Source of the DNA: Myxococcota bacterium | Lineage (GTDB): Bacteria; Myxococcota; JACRCW01 | NCBI GenBank assembly: GCA_040752415.1 | Contig: JBFMGU010000207.1 | Location: forward strand, 1-18,307 | Direction: 5' to 3' | DNA: 18,307 bases | Part shown: positions 1 to 8,949 of the stretch, one piece after another | Position numbering within the stretch: position 1 is the stretch's first letter | Layout of the letters: the number at the start of each line of letters is the position of its first letter | Program-made: the position numbers and the translations under genes | Notes under the pieces: generated by a model | What the model was told of the DNA's origin: nothing | Seen by the model: only the letters and a program-made list of their open reading frames with translations | Database searches by the model: none

Positions 1-7
1 ACCCCTC

Positions 8-36
8 TTGACAGCTCCAAGTGGGGTCCCTATCTG
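8..36 (+). promoter_or_regulatory. Putative promoter of groESL (-35 TTGACA; -10 region CCCTATCT/TATCTG)
   Basis: TTGACA at 8-13, a 17-nt spacer, then TATCTG at 31-36. CTTGA...CCCTATCT (28-35) also resembles the RpoH/sigma32-type consensus. Lies just upstream of the CIRCE. Confidence 0.65.
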
Positions 37-47
37 AGCGCCACCTT

Positions 48-74
48 TTGGCACTCACAGGCCGCGAGTGCTAA
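48..74 (+). promoter_or_regulatory. CIRCE element (HrcA operator)
   Basis: TTGGCACTC-ACAGGCCGC-GAGTGCTAA matches TTAGCACTC-N9-GAGTGCTAA with one mismatch, upstream of groES. Confidence 0.95.
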
Positions 75-146
75 CAGCGACCCCCCTTCCGGTCCCCCGA
101 GGGGACAGCAACGGGAACCAGAGCGGCCAACCAAGGGAGAAACGCC

Positions 147-437
147 ATGAAGTTCAAGCCTTTGCAGGATCGCCTCCTGGTCAAGCGCGTCAGCGAGGAG
201 CAGAAGACCAAGGGTGGCATCATCATCCCGGATACCGCCAAGGAGAAGCCGGTGGAGGGCACCGTGATTGCCGTGGGCAACGGCAAGGTGCTGGAGGATG
301 GCAAGGTGCGCCCCCTGGACGTGAAGGCCGGTGATCGCGTGCTGTTCGGCAAGTACAGCGGCACGGAGATCAAGATCGACGGAGAGGACCACCTCATCCT
401 GCGTGAGGAAGAGGTCCTCGGCGTCGTCGAGGCCTGA
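147..437 (+). CDS. groES: Co-chaperonin GroES (96 aa)
   Basis: [14 protein letters not shown]...[15 protein letters not shown]...[19 protein letters not shown] is typical Cpn10; RBS AAGGGAG upstream. Confidence 0.98.
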   Translation: MKFKPLQDRLLVKRVSEEQKTKGGIIIPDTAKEKPVEGTVIAVGNGKVLEDGKVRPLDVKAGDRVLFGKYSGTEIKIDGEDHLILREEEVLGVVEA

Positions 438-495
438 GCCTCACCCGTTCCCCTCAGAGCTTTCCCTTTCACAGACATTCACGCGGCACCCTTGA

Positions 496-2160
<1,665 letters not shown>

Positions 2161-2192
2161 GTCCGTCCGCCGGTCCACCACCGGTAGCAGTC

Positions 2193-2242
2193 CCGTGCCC
2201 CCTCCTCGCCTTGCCCGGGCGGGGCAGGGGGCGCGGTTTTTT
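2193..2242 (+). terminator. Rho-independent terminator after groEL
   Basis: CCGTGCCCCCT/AGGGGGCGCGG outer stem plus CCTCGCC/GGCGGGG inner stem, followed by TTTTTT at 2237-2242. Confidence 0.85.
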
Positions 2243-2304
2243 CGTCGCACGGCTTGACACGGCCCACCGCGCCTGCGCTGATGCGCGCCCTTGAGGAGGG
2301 ACCC

Positions 2305-2760
2305 ATGACCACCCGCGTCTTCGACCTGATGGAAGAAGAGATCCGGAACATCGTGTCGCAGCGCGCTGCGTTCGAGGAGAAGTACGGCAAGCACGCGGGC
2401 GCCATGCTGGTCCACGCTCCGTCGCTGTTCCGCCTCTTCGTCCGCGTGACGTTTGACCTGGAGCTGCCCTCGCACGCGCGCCATCTGGCCGGCGCAACGG
2501 CGGTCTACGTCTCCGAGCCGCAGGACTTCCTGGGGCGCCTGGGCGTCGAGGGGTACATTGACGACCTTTGGCTCTCCTACGCGGCGCTCTCGCGACTGGT
2601 GGAGGCCGTGGGGGAGCAGAAGCTCCTCAAGCACTGGCGCTCCGAGCACGCGCTCTCCGACGTGGTCTCCCTGGCCCTCAACGTCAACGTGCTGGAAGAG
2701 GTGGTCCCCTCCCGCGTGCTCACACTCATGCAGAGCTACATTGGCGGCGCCGCCAGCTGA
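2305..2760 (+). CDS. DUF1232/YkvA-like protein (151 aa)
   Basis: Strong RBS GAGGAGG before ATG 2305 and GC3-biased codons. YVSEPQDFLGRLGVEGYIDDL resembles the YkvA Y-x-x-S-P-x-D...G-x-x-D-D signature. Confidence 0.7.
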   Translation: MTTRVFDLMEEEIRNIVSQRAAFEEKYGKHAGAMLVHAPSLFRLFVRVTFDLELPSHARHLAGATAVYVSEPQDFLGRLGVEGYIDDLWLSYAALSRLVEAVGEQKLLKHWRSEHALSDVVSLALNVNVLEEVVPSRVLTLMQSYIGGAAS

Positions 2761-2903
2761 TCATCCCGCCGGCTTGCGGAAGACCACCGGCACCAGCTGC
2801 GCGCCCGTCCCACTGGCCACCAGCGCAATGCTCCGTGACGACGTGAGCCTGGCCGGCGCGCGCGTGCTGAAGGACTGGGACTGCGGCTGGACAAGTGGGC
2901 CAT

Positions 2904-3153
2904 CGGCGTCGCGAACGTCGTGAGCGGACCGCGACCTGCAGTGCGGTGGCCTGTCACCGCCCTGGCCAGCGCCGAGAGGTTGCTTCGCGGCCGATGGCGA
3001 AGCGCACGGGTCACCACGACGAGAAAACACGCGGCTGCGTCTCGCGCGGCGGGCAGACCGCTGGCGGGGGCGAGCAACCGCTCGACGCTGGCCAGGGCGG
3101 TGACAGGCCACCGCACTCCAGGTCGCGGTCCGTTCACGACGTCCGCGACGCTG
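2904..3153. repeat. Long inverted repeat: 81-bp arms (2904-2984 and 3073-3153) with an 88-bp spacer
   Basis: Manual alignment of the left arm with the reverse complement of the right arm gives 75/81 identity. A weaker outer extension (2877-2903 vs 3154-3180) gives 17/27. Confidence 0.92.
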
Positions 3154-3180
3154 GCGCTCCATTCGTCCTGGCTCAGCCCC

Positions 3181-3369
3181 TCACTCCTCCTCACCGTCCA
3201 GCGCGAGGGCTTCCGAGGCCTGCAGCGAGGGAATCTCCTGGTCCTCGTCGAGCTCCCAGGTCACAGCGGCGGCAACGCGCGCCTTCTGCTGGGCCTGGCG
3301 CAACGTGGGCGAGGTGGTGTTGGTGGAGGAACGGCCGACGGCAGCACGGAGGGAACGGGAACGAGGCAT
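3181..3369 (-). CDS. Small hypothetical protein (62 aa; basic N-terminus, acidic C-terminus)
   Basis: ATG 15 nt after the stop of the upstream gene, strongly GC3-biased codons, weak AAGG RBS. No recognisable domain. Confidence 0.5.
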   Translation of the reverse strand: MPRSRSLRAAVGRSSTNTTSPTLRQAQQKARVAAAVTWELDEDQEIPSLQASEALALDGEEE

Positions 3370-3384
3370 GTTGGGAGCCTTGTA

Positions 3385-3621
3385 TCAGACACTCAGGAGG
3401 CGCAGGCGGGGATGTTGCACGTAACAACCGCGTCCTGAGACGCACGCTTCCGGCGCGGCAATGTTGTCATCCTCCCCAAACGGTTGCGCGGTGGTGAGGC
3501 ACGTGAAGATCACGCCGCCGTGCTCGAACACCTCCGCCACGCGCGCCAGGTTCTCCTGGTCCACGTCGTAGCCCTTCCACCGCAGCTTCTTGCACCACTG
3601 CTCCGGGCGGTTTGCGCTCAT
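3385..3621 (-). CDS. Small 4-Cys protein (78 aa), putative metal/Fe-S binding, coupled to the FAD subunit
   Basis: ATGA overlap with the FAD-subunit stop (3618-3621). MSANRPEQWCKKLRWKG...FTCLTTAQPFGEDDNIAAPEACVSGRGCY carries four spaced Cys. Confidence 0.8.
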   Translation of the reverse strand: MSANRPEQWCKKLRWKGYDVDQENLARVAEVFEHGGVIFTCLTTAQPFGEDDNIAAPEACVSGRGCYVQHPRLRLLSV

Positions 3622-4595
3622 GACAGCAGTCCCTCCAGCGTGGCCTGCACGGTGTTGTTGGTGAGTGTCACCTTGTGCTGGTTGTCCTTCAACGGCCGGG
3701 CACCCGCGGCGGCGGCCTGCGCGGCGTAGACCACGACGTCCCGTGTGAGCGGCTGGCCCTTGAGGCGCGCTTCCGTCTCCGTGGCTCGTCGGGGCGTGCG
3801 GCCCACGCTGCCCAGCACCACGCGGGAGTCCGTGATGCGGTTCCCCTCCAGCCACAACACCGCGCACACCTCCACCTCGCCCCAGTCGGCGAGCAGGCGC
3901 GGGGAGGCGCGCTCATAGGCCTGCTTCGTCACGCCCATGGGCAGCGGGATGCGCACCGCCTCGACGAACGAGCCCGCGGGCAGGCTGTTCTCCACGCGCG
4001 CGTTGTGCTCCGGCAGCGTGAAGAACTCCTGCATGGTCACCACGCGCGCCGCGTTCTCGCCGGGCATCCACACCTCCAGCGTGGCGTCGAGTGCGAGCAA
4101 TGCGGCGCCCAGCGTGGAAGCGTGCACCGCGCAACACAGCTCATTGTCGAAGATGGCGTGCGTGCTGCTGTCGCCAATCTGCGCGTAGCAGACGGCGCCG
4201 CCCTTCTTGCGACACTGGAAGTCGGGATGCCGCAGGTACACGCAGCGCGGACGCTGGCAGAGCGCGCCGCCCACCGTGGCCACGTGACGGATCTGCGGCG
4301 TGGCGGTGTGGTCGGTGGACTGGAAGAGCACGGGCATCCGCTCGACGACAACCGGGTGCTCCATCAGCTCGGTGAGCGTGGTGAGGGCGCCGGCGGTCAG
4401 CGCGTCGTCGGACTGGCGGATGTAGCGCAGCTCCCGCGCCATGCCGCTCACGTTGATGAGCGCGGAAGGCATGAGTGTGCGCTGCTTGAAGCGGTCCATG
4501 ACGTCGGTGCCGCCGGCCTTGTACTCCGCGCCTTCCGAGGCGGTGCACAGCTTCACGGCCTCCTGCGGCTCACGCGCGTAGGTGACTTTGAGCAT
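3618..4595 (-). CDS. Xanthine dehydrogenase-family FAD-binding subunit, PaoB/YagS type with a [4Fe-4S] insertion (325 aa)
   Basis: AGGTD, GALTTL and ATPQIRHVATVGG motifs. Cys insertion QRPRC..C.KKGG..C...C.AVHAS resembles PaoB. RBS GAGGAGGAG. Confidence 0.93.
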   Translation of the reverse strand: MLKVTYAREPQEAVKLCTASEGAEYKAGGTDVMDRFKQRTLMPSALINVSGMARELRYIRQSDDALTAGALTTLTELMEHPVVVERMPVLFQSTDHTATPQIRHVATVGGALCQRPRCVYLRHPDFQCRKKGGAVCYAQIGDSSTHAIFDNELCCAVHASTLGAALLALDATLEVWMPGENAARVVTMQEFFTLPEHNARVENSLPAGSFVEAVRIPLPMGVTKQAYERASPRLLADWGEVEVCAVLWLEGNRITDSRVVLGSVGRTPRRATETEARLKGQPLTRDVVVYAAQAAAAGARPLKDNQHKVTLTNNTVQATLEGLLS

Positions 4596-4604
4596 GGCTC
4601 CTCC

Positions 4605-7505
4605 TCAGGACAGCGCCGCCAGCACCTTGCTGGGCAGCATGGGGGTGGACAGCACGCGCTTGCCGGTGGCGTGGAAGAAAGCGTTGGCCACCGCGGCAGC
4701 GGCGGGCACGGTGGCGTTCTCACCCAGGCCCATGGCGCCGGTGGGACTGCGCGGGGAGGGCTTGTCCAGGAACACCACGTCAATGCGCGGCGCGTCGGCA
4801 ATGCCCAGCAGCGCGTAACTCTCCAGGGAGCGGCTGAGCTGTCGTCCCGTCGTGGGATCCATGCGGCGACCCTCATACAGCGCATAGCTGATGCCCTGGA
4901 TCACGCCGCCCATGACCTGGCTGGCCGCGGGAACCGGCGCCATCAACGTGCCCGCATCCAGCACCGCCAACGCGCTCAGCACCCGCACGCGACCCAGCAG
5001 CCGGTCCACCTCCACCTCGACGATGTTCGCGGAGGAAACGCGGTCCTTGGTCACGGCCACGGGCAGCTGCGGAATCTGGTCCAGCGGTCCCGGCGGAATG
5101 GCAAACCCGTCGGCATCCGGCCCGCGACGTCCCAGGATCACGAACGGGTCGGCGGGCAGGTACTCGAAGAGGTCGCGCCAGGCCACGCGTTTTCCGTCGG
5201 GGAAGCGCATGCCGCCGGGAACCGGGACTGCACCTCTCACGCGGCTGGCCACCGCGCCCTGCAGCTCGTCGATGAACGCGCGCAGCGCGTGGTAGGCGGC
5301 GTTGCTGATGGAAGAGGTGGTGATGCTGCCGCCGGTGAACGGCGCGGTGGGCAGGTTGCTGTCGGCGATGCGCAGCGTGAGACGGGAGGGCGGGACGCCG
5401 AGCAGGTCCTGCACCAGCTGCGCCAGCACGGTGCGCGCGCCCTGGCCGATGTCGTGGGTTGCCGTGGAGAGCGTGAGTCTCCCGTCGCGCGTGGCGCGCG
5501 CTTCCACGGTGCAGTTGGGCGCGGTGAGCACGAACCATTCACCGGTGGCGCAGCCCACGCCGCGGACGAAGCGACCCTTGTCGCGCGCCACCTCGCGCAG
5601 GCGTTCGGGGTGGCCAAAGCGCTCGCGCGCCAGCCGGTACACCGCCGCCCGACGAGGATTGGTCTCCTGGTGGATCCGCATCAGCAACGGGTCCAAGCCG
5701 GCGCGCGCCGCCACCTCGTCCACGGCCTGCTCCAGGGAGAACGCGTTGGGCGGGAAGCCCGGCGCGCGGAACGGACATCCCGGCGGTGTGGTGGTGACGA
5801 CGTTGAGGTCCAGCCGGTACAGCTCCTCCACGGCGTAGTGCGTGCTGGTGAGACCGGTGGCCGCCTCGCCCACCGCCGCGCCACAGTAGGTGCGCGCCTC
5901 GTGGTGGATGGCGGTGAGCTTGCCCTTGCGGTCGGCGCCCATGCGCACGCGCTGTCGCGACGCGGGGCGGTTGCCGGCGACGGTGAGCTCATCCCAGCGC
6001 GGCAGGATCATCTGCACCGGCGCGTTCGTCTTCTTCGCCAATCGCGCCGCCGCCAGCATCTCCGGACGCGACATGGCCTTGGCCCCGAACGCGCCGCCCA
6101 CGTACTCGGCGAGGACGCGGACCTTGTCGGTGGGGAGGTCCAGCGCGCCGGCCAGGTCGCCCGCGGTCTGCTGCACCGCCTGGCATGACGCGTAGACCGT
6201 CAGCGCGTCGCCTTCCCACTGTGCAATCACGGCGTGCGGCTCCAGCGCGGTGTGCATCTGCACCGCCGTCTCTGCGTTGATGTCGACGGCAATGGCCGAC
6301 TCCGCCACCGCCTCCAGCACGCCCTCGCTGTTGCTTGGCATGGCGCCCAGGCCCATGTTGCTGAGCGGCACCGACGGAGGAACCAGCCGCTGCGGGAAGC
6401 GCGTGGGACCGCGCACGTTCCCCTTCCACGTGCTGAGCGACTCCGGCAGCGCCGGTCCCTCGTTGGCGTGGCGCACCTCGTCCATCTGGGCCTTGCTGAA
6501 GATGACGGGCGCGTCGGGTTGTTCCGCCTTGGTGAAGTCCACCACCGGCGGCAGCACCTCCAGCTCCACCTGGATGGCGCGCGCGGCGGCCTCGGCCTGC
6601 CATGACGTCTCCGCCGCCACCGCCGCCAGCTCCTGCCCCACCCAGCGCACGGTGACGAACCTGCCATCTGACGACGGCAGCATCACCTCCACCGCGCGCA
6701 CGCCGGGCATCTTCTCCGCGCGGCTGACGTCGATGCGCTTGACCCGCGCGTGCGCCTCCGCGCTGCGCAGCATGTATCCGCTGAGCATGCCGGGCAGCTT
6801 GCGGTCCACGGTGTAGCGCGCCTGCCCGGTGACCTTGGCCACGGCGTCAAACCGCGGCACCAGGTTGCGCTCGGGCGCGGAGGGCACGTTGGGGGGACGC
6901 GCGCGCACTCCCCGACACGCCGCAATCACCGCCTGGATGATCGCCGGTTGCGCGCCGCAGCGACAGATGTTGCCCGCCAACGCGTGCCGCACCTCCGCCT
7001 CCGACGGGGCCGCGGTGCCGCGCTCCTTGCGCCAGCGGTCGTAGAAGGACACGGCGCTCATCACGAAGCCCGGCGTGCAGTAGCCACATTGCAGCGCGTC
7101 CGCGTCGATGAAGGCCTGCTGGACGGGGTGCAGTTTTCCGTCGGGGGCCAGGCCTTCCACCGTGGTGACGGTGGCGCCGTGCGCGTCGACACACAGCCCC
7201 AGGCAGGAGGCCACCGTGCGCCCATCCACGTCCACCGTGCACGCCCCGCACGCGCCATGGCCACAGCCAAGCTTGGTGCCGGTGAGGTTGGCCTCCTCAC
7301 GCAGGGCTTCCGCCAGCGTCGTCGTGGGGAGCACGTTCAACGTGGTGGGTTTGCCGTTGAGGGTGAGGTCCACGGCCACGCGCTCGTCGGGGGCCAGCTC
7401 ACGCGGGGTGTCCTGCGCGTGCCCGTCGGTGCCGGCCAGGAGCGGAGCGGTGGCCACGGCAGCAGCGCCGCCTTTGAGGAAATCCCGTCGACTGACCTTG
7501 GGCAT
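4605..7505 (-). CDS. Tat-exported fusion of a 2x[2Fe-2S] subunit and a molybdopterin-binding subunit, xanthine dehydrogenase/aldehyde oxidoreductase family, PaoA+PaoC-like (966 aa)
   Basis: MPKVSRRDFLK Tat motif; GTKLGCGHGACGACTV; QCGYCTPG; GNICRCG; then KVTGQARYTVD, GGAFGAK, FRAPG, GGSITT, QV.GG..QG and catalytic GLGE. ATG 7505 has a GAGGG RBS. Confidence 0.93.
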   Translation of the reverse strand: MPKVSRRDFLKGGAAAVATAPLLAGTDGHAQDTPRELAPDERVAVDLTLNGKPTTLNVLPTTTLAEALREEANLTGTKLGCGHGACGACTVDVDGRTVASCLGLCVDAHGATVTTVEGLAPDGKLHPVQQAFIDADALQCGYCTPGFVMSAVSFYDRWRKERGTAAPSEAEVRHALAGNICRCGAQPAIIQAVIAACRGVRARPPNVPSAPERNLVPRFDAVAKVTGQARYTVDRKLPGMLSGYMLRSAEAHARVKRIDVSRAEKMPGVRAVEVMLPSSDGRFVTVRWVGQELAAVAAETSWQAEAAARAIQVELEVLPPVVDFTKAEQPDAPVIFSKAQMDEVRHANEGPALPESLSTWKGNVRGPTRFPQRLVPPSVPLSNMGLGAMPSNSEGVLEAVAESAIAVDINAETAVQMHTALEPHAVIAQWEGDALTVYASCQAVQQTAGDLAGALDLPTDKVRVLAEYVGGAFGAKAMSRPEMLAAARLAKKTNAPVQMILPRWDELTVAGNRPASRQRVRMGADRKGKLTAIHHEARTYCGAAVGEAATGLTSTHYAVEELYRLDLNVVTTTPPGCPFRAPGFPPNAFSLEQAVDEVAARAGLDPLLMRIHQETNPRRAAVYRLARERFGHPERLREVARDKGRFVRGVGCATGEWFVLTAPNCTVEARATRDGRLTLSTATHDIGQGARTVLAQLVQDLLGVPPSRLTLRIADSNLPTAPFTGGSITTSSISNAAYHALRAFIDELQGAVASRVRGAVPVPGGMRFPDGKRVAWRDLFEYLPADPFVILGRRGPDADGFAIPPGPLDQIPQLPVAVTKDRVSSANIVEVEVDRLLGRVRVLSALAVLDAGTLMAPVPAASQVMGGVIQGISYALYEGRRMDPTTGRQLSRSLESYALLGIADAPRIDVVFLDKPSPRSPTGAMGLGENATVPAAAAVANAFFHATGKRVLSTPMLPSKVLAALS

Positions 7506-7512
7506 GCGTCCC

Positions 7513-8409
7513 TCAGTGGAGGTGGGGAGGCACAGCGTCCAACAGATGCGTCCCGCTGCCAATGGTGTCGTGGGACATGGGCATCAGCACGGGGGAGGTG
7601 AGGAGCGCCTCGTCGGAGGAGCCCTCCAGCTCCACGCGGAACGACGCCAGGAACACCGCGGGACGGGTGCCCAGGCTCTCGGAGAACGCCTCGTCAAAGG
7701 ACAGGCCGGCGCGGATTCCGTCGAGGATGCGCAGGATGCCGGCGTCACCGCCGCGGGCCAGCAGGCGCTCGAAGGCCCGGTGCGCGGCGCCGTACACCAC
7801 CGGCTGCGCGTTGCTGTCCAGCTGCTCCGCGCCCATCCACGGGTCCGCGCCGGGGTTGCGCTTGAGCCAGCGCGCCAGGCGGTCCGTGGTCATCCGGCGG
7901 TAGCCCTGCTGGCTGGTCACCGACGCCATGCCCTCCCGGAACCACAGCGGGATGTCCACGCTGGCCCACGTCTCGCGCTGCGCCACGCGCTGGTACATGA
8001 CCACGTGCGTCAGCTCATGACGCAGCAGCTCCACCACGCTCTCGGGCGAGCGGTGGCCGCCCCAGCTGCTGGGCGCCTCCAGCTCCACCTCGTCAAACCG
8101 GGCCCAACCGCGCATCCACGGGACGTCCCGCTGGTGCGCCGCGGCCTCCAGCTGCTGGTGCGTGCTGTGCACCCGCAACGTCACCGCGTGCCGCAGGAAA
8201 CCCCAGCGCTGCGCGGTCTGGAGCGCCTCGGTGGCGGCAAACGTGACCAGCTCCTCGTCGTCGGGAGTGGCGCCCAGCATCATGTGGATGCGCAGCAGCT
8301 CGGCGGCCACCGCACGCGGCTCCTCGGGCGCGCGGGCACGGGTCGACGACGCACAACCGGCCGAGAAGGCCAGCAGCAACACAGGCAGGATGACGACGTG
8401 GCGACGCAT
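7513..8409 (-). CDS. Putative lipoprotein with zincin HExxH motif, peptidase MA-like (298 aa)
   Basis: MRRHVVILPVLLLAFSAG-C lipoprotein signal; LRHELTHVV followed by IPLWFREGMA (gluzincin-type third ligand). GGAG RBS before ATG 8409. Confidence 0.8.
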   Translation of the reverse strand: MRRHVVILPVLLLAFSAGCASSTRARAPEEPRAVAAELLRIHMMLGATPDDEELVTFAATEALQTAQRWGFLRHAVTLRVHSTHQQLEAAAHQRDVPWMRGWARFDEVELEAPSSWGGHRSPESVVELLRHELTHVVMYQRVAQRETWASVDIPLWFREGMASVTSQQGYRRMTTDRLARWLKRNPGADPWMGAEQLDSNAQPVVYGAAHRAFERLLARGGDAGILRILDGIRAGLSFDEAFSESLGTRPAVFLASFRVELEGSSDEALLTSPVLMPMSHDTIGSGTHLLDAVPPHLH

Positions 8410-8649
8410 CAGGCTCCGCTTCCGCCCCCAGGGGGCTGGATTCTGGAGCAAGGCGGCTGGGAATGCCAACCCGTCGCCAGCCCCAGGGCGGGCCAGCATG
8501 CTGCGGGTGCAGGTGGCGTTGGGCTACGTCGTTGGTCGCAGGTGCAGGCGTGTCAGGCGGTCCCACGTTGTCACACGCTGACCAGTCGCTGCGACCCCCG
8601 GCATCTCCGTGGCACCTTGGTTGAGGTCCACGACGTCACCCAACCATGA

Positions 8650-8901
8650 TCACGGGGGTTGTCGTCTGCTCGCACGCATCCTGAGCTCGGCAAGGATTCG
8701 CACGCTGCTCTCGGGCAAGGGGTCCTCGTGACGCACCACCGCGTCGACGTCGTCGCGCAAGGACAGGATCCTCGTCCCCGCTCGGCACACCGCGGCCAAG
8801 TCAGCGAGGATCTGCTCCTGCGAGGCGTTGCGATACGGCTCGGCCTCGTCACGAACCGAGGCAACGTTGTCCACCACCCACCCGGGAAGCCCTGACGCCA
8901 T
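8650..8901 (-). CDS. Small hypothetical protein (83 aa), resembles partners of predicted nucleotidyltransferases
   Basis: Coding-like composition. LPGWVV.N..SVR.EA..YR...LAAVCRA...DPLPESS..IL..LR is a pattern I recall from small genes preceding predicted nucleotidyltransferases (unverified). Confidence 0.65.
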   Translation of the reverse strand: MASGLPGWVVDNVASVRDEAEPYRNASQEQILADLAAVCRAGTRILSLRDDVDAVVRHEDPLPESSVRILAELRMRASRRQPP

Positions 8902-8949
8902 GGGCCCATTCTGGCTGCGCGTTGGAACGTCCGCCAGGGAGTGACGTCG

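Noticed and set aside
2904..3153. Retron msr-msd or DGR TR/VR interpretation of the repeat
   Set aside because: No reverse transcriptase in the window, and the mismatches between arms are not confined to adenines of one copy.
2761..3369. Selenocysteine/readthrough idea: the TGA at 3181-3183 is followed in frame by ~140 open codons and a hairpin
   Set aside because: The downstream translation is Arg-rich and runs through the palindrome, there is no redox-motif context, and open frames are common at this GC content.
2736..3497. ORFs crossing the palindrome on both strands with similar peptides (GPRP.VRWPVTALAS)
   Set aside because: The similarity is simply a consequence of the inverted repeat; no convincing RBS or start.
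8410..8649. Short GCAGGTG-type repeats and a TTGGCA...TTGCT sigma54-like pair on the minus strand
   Set aside because: The repeats are short and irregular, and the GG-to-GC spacing does not fit -24/-12.
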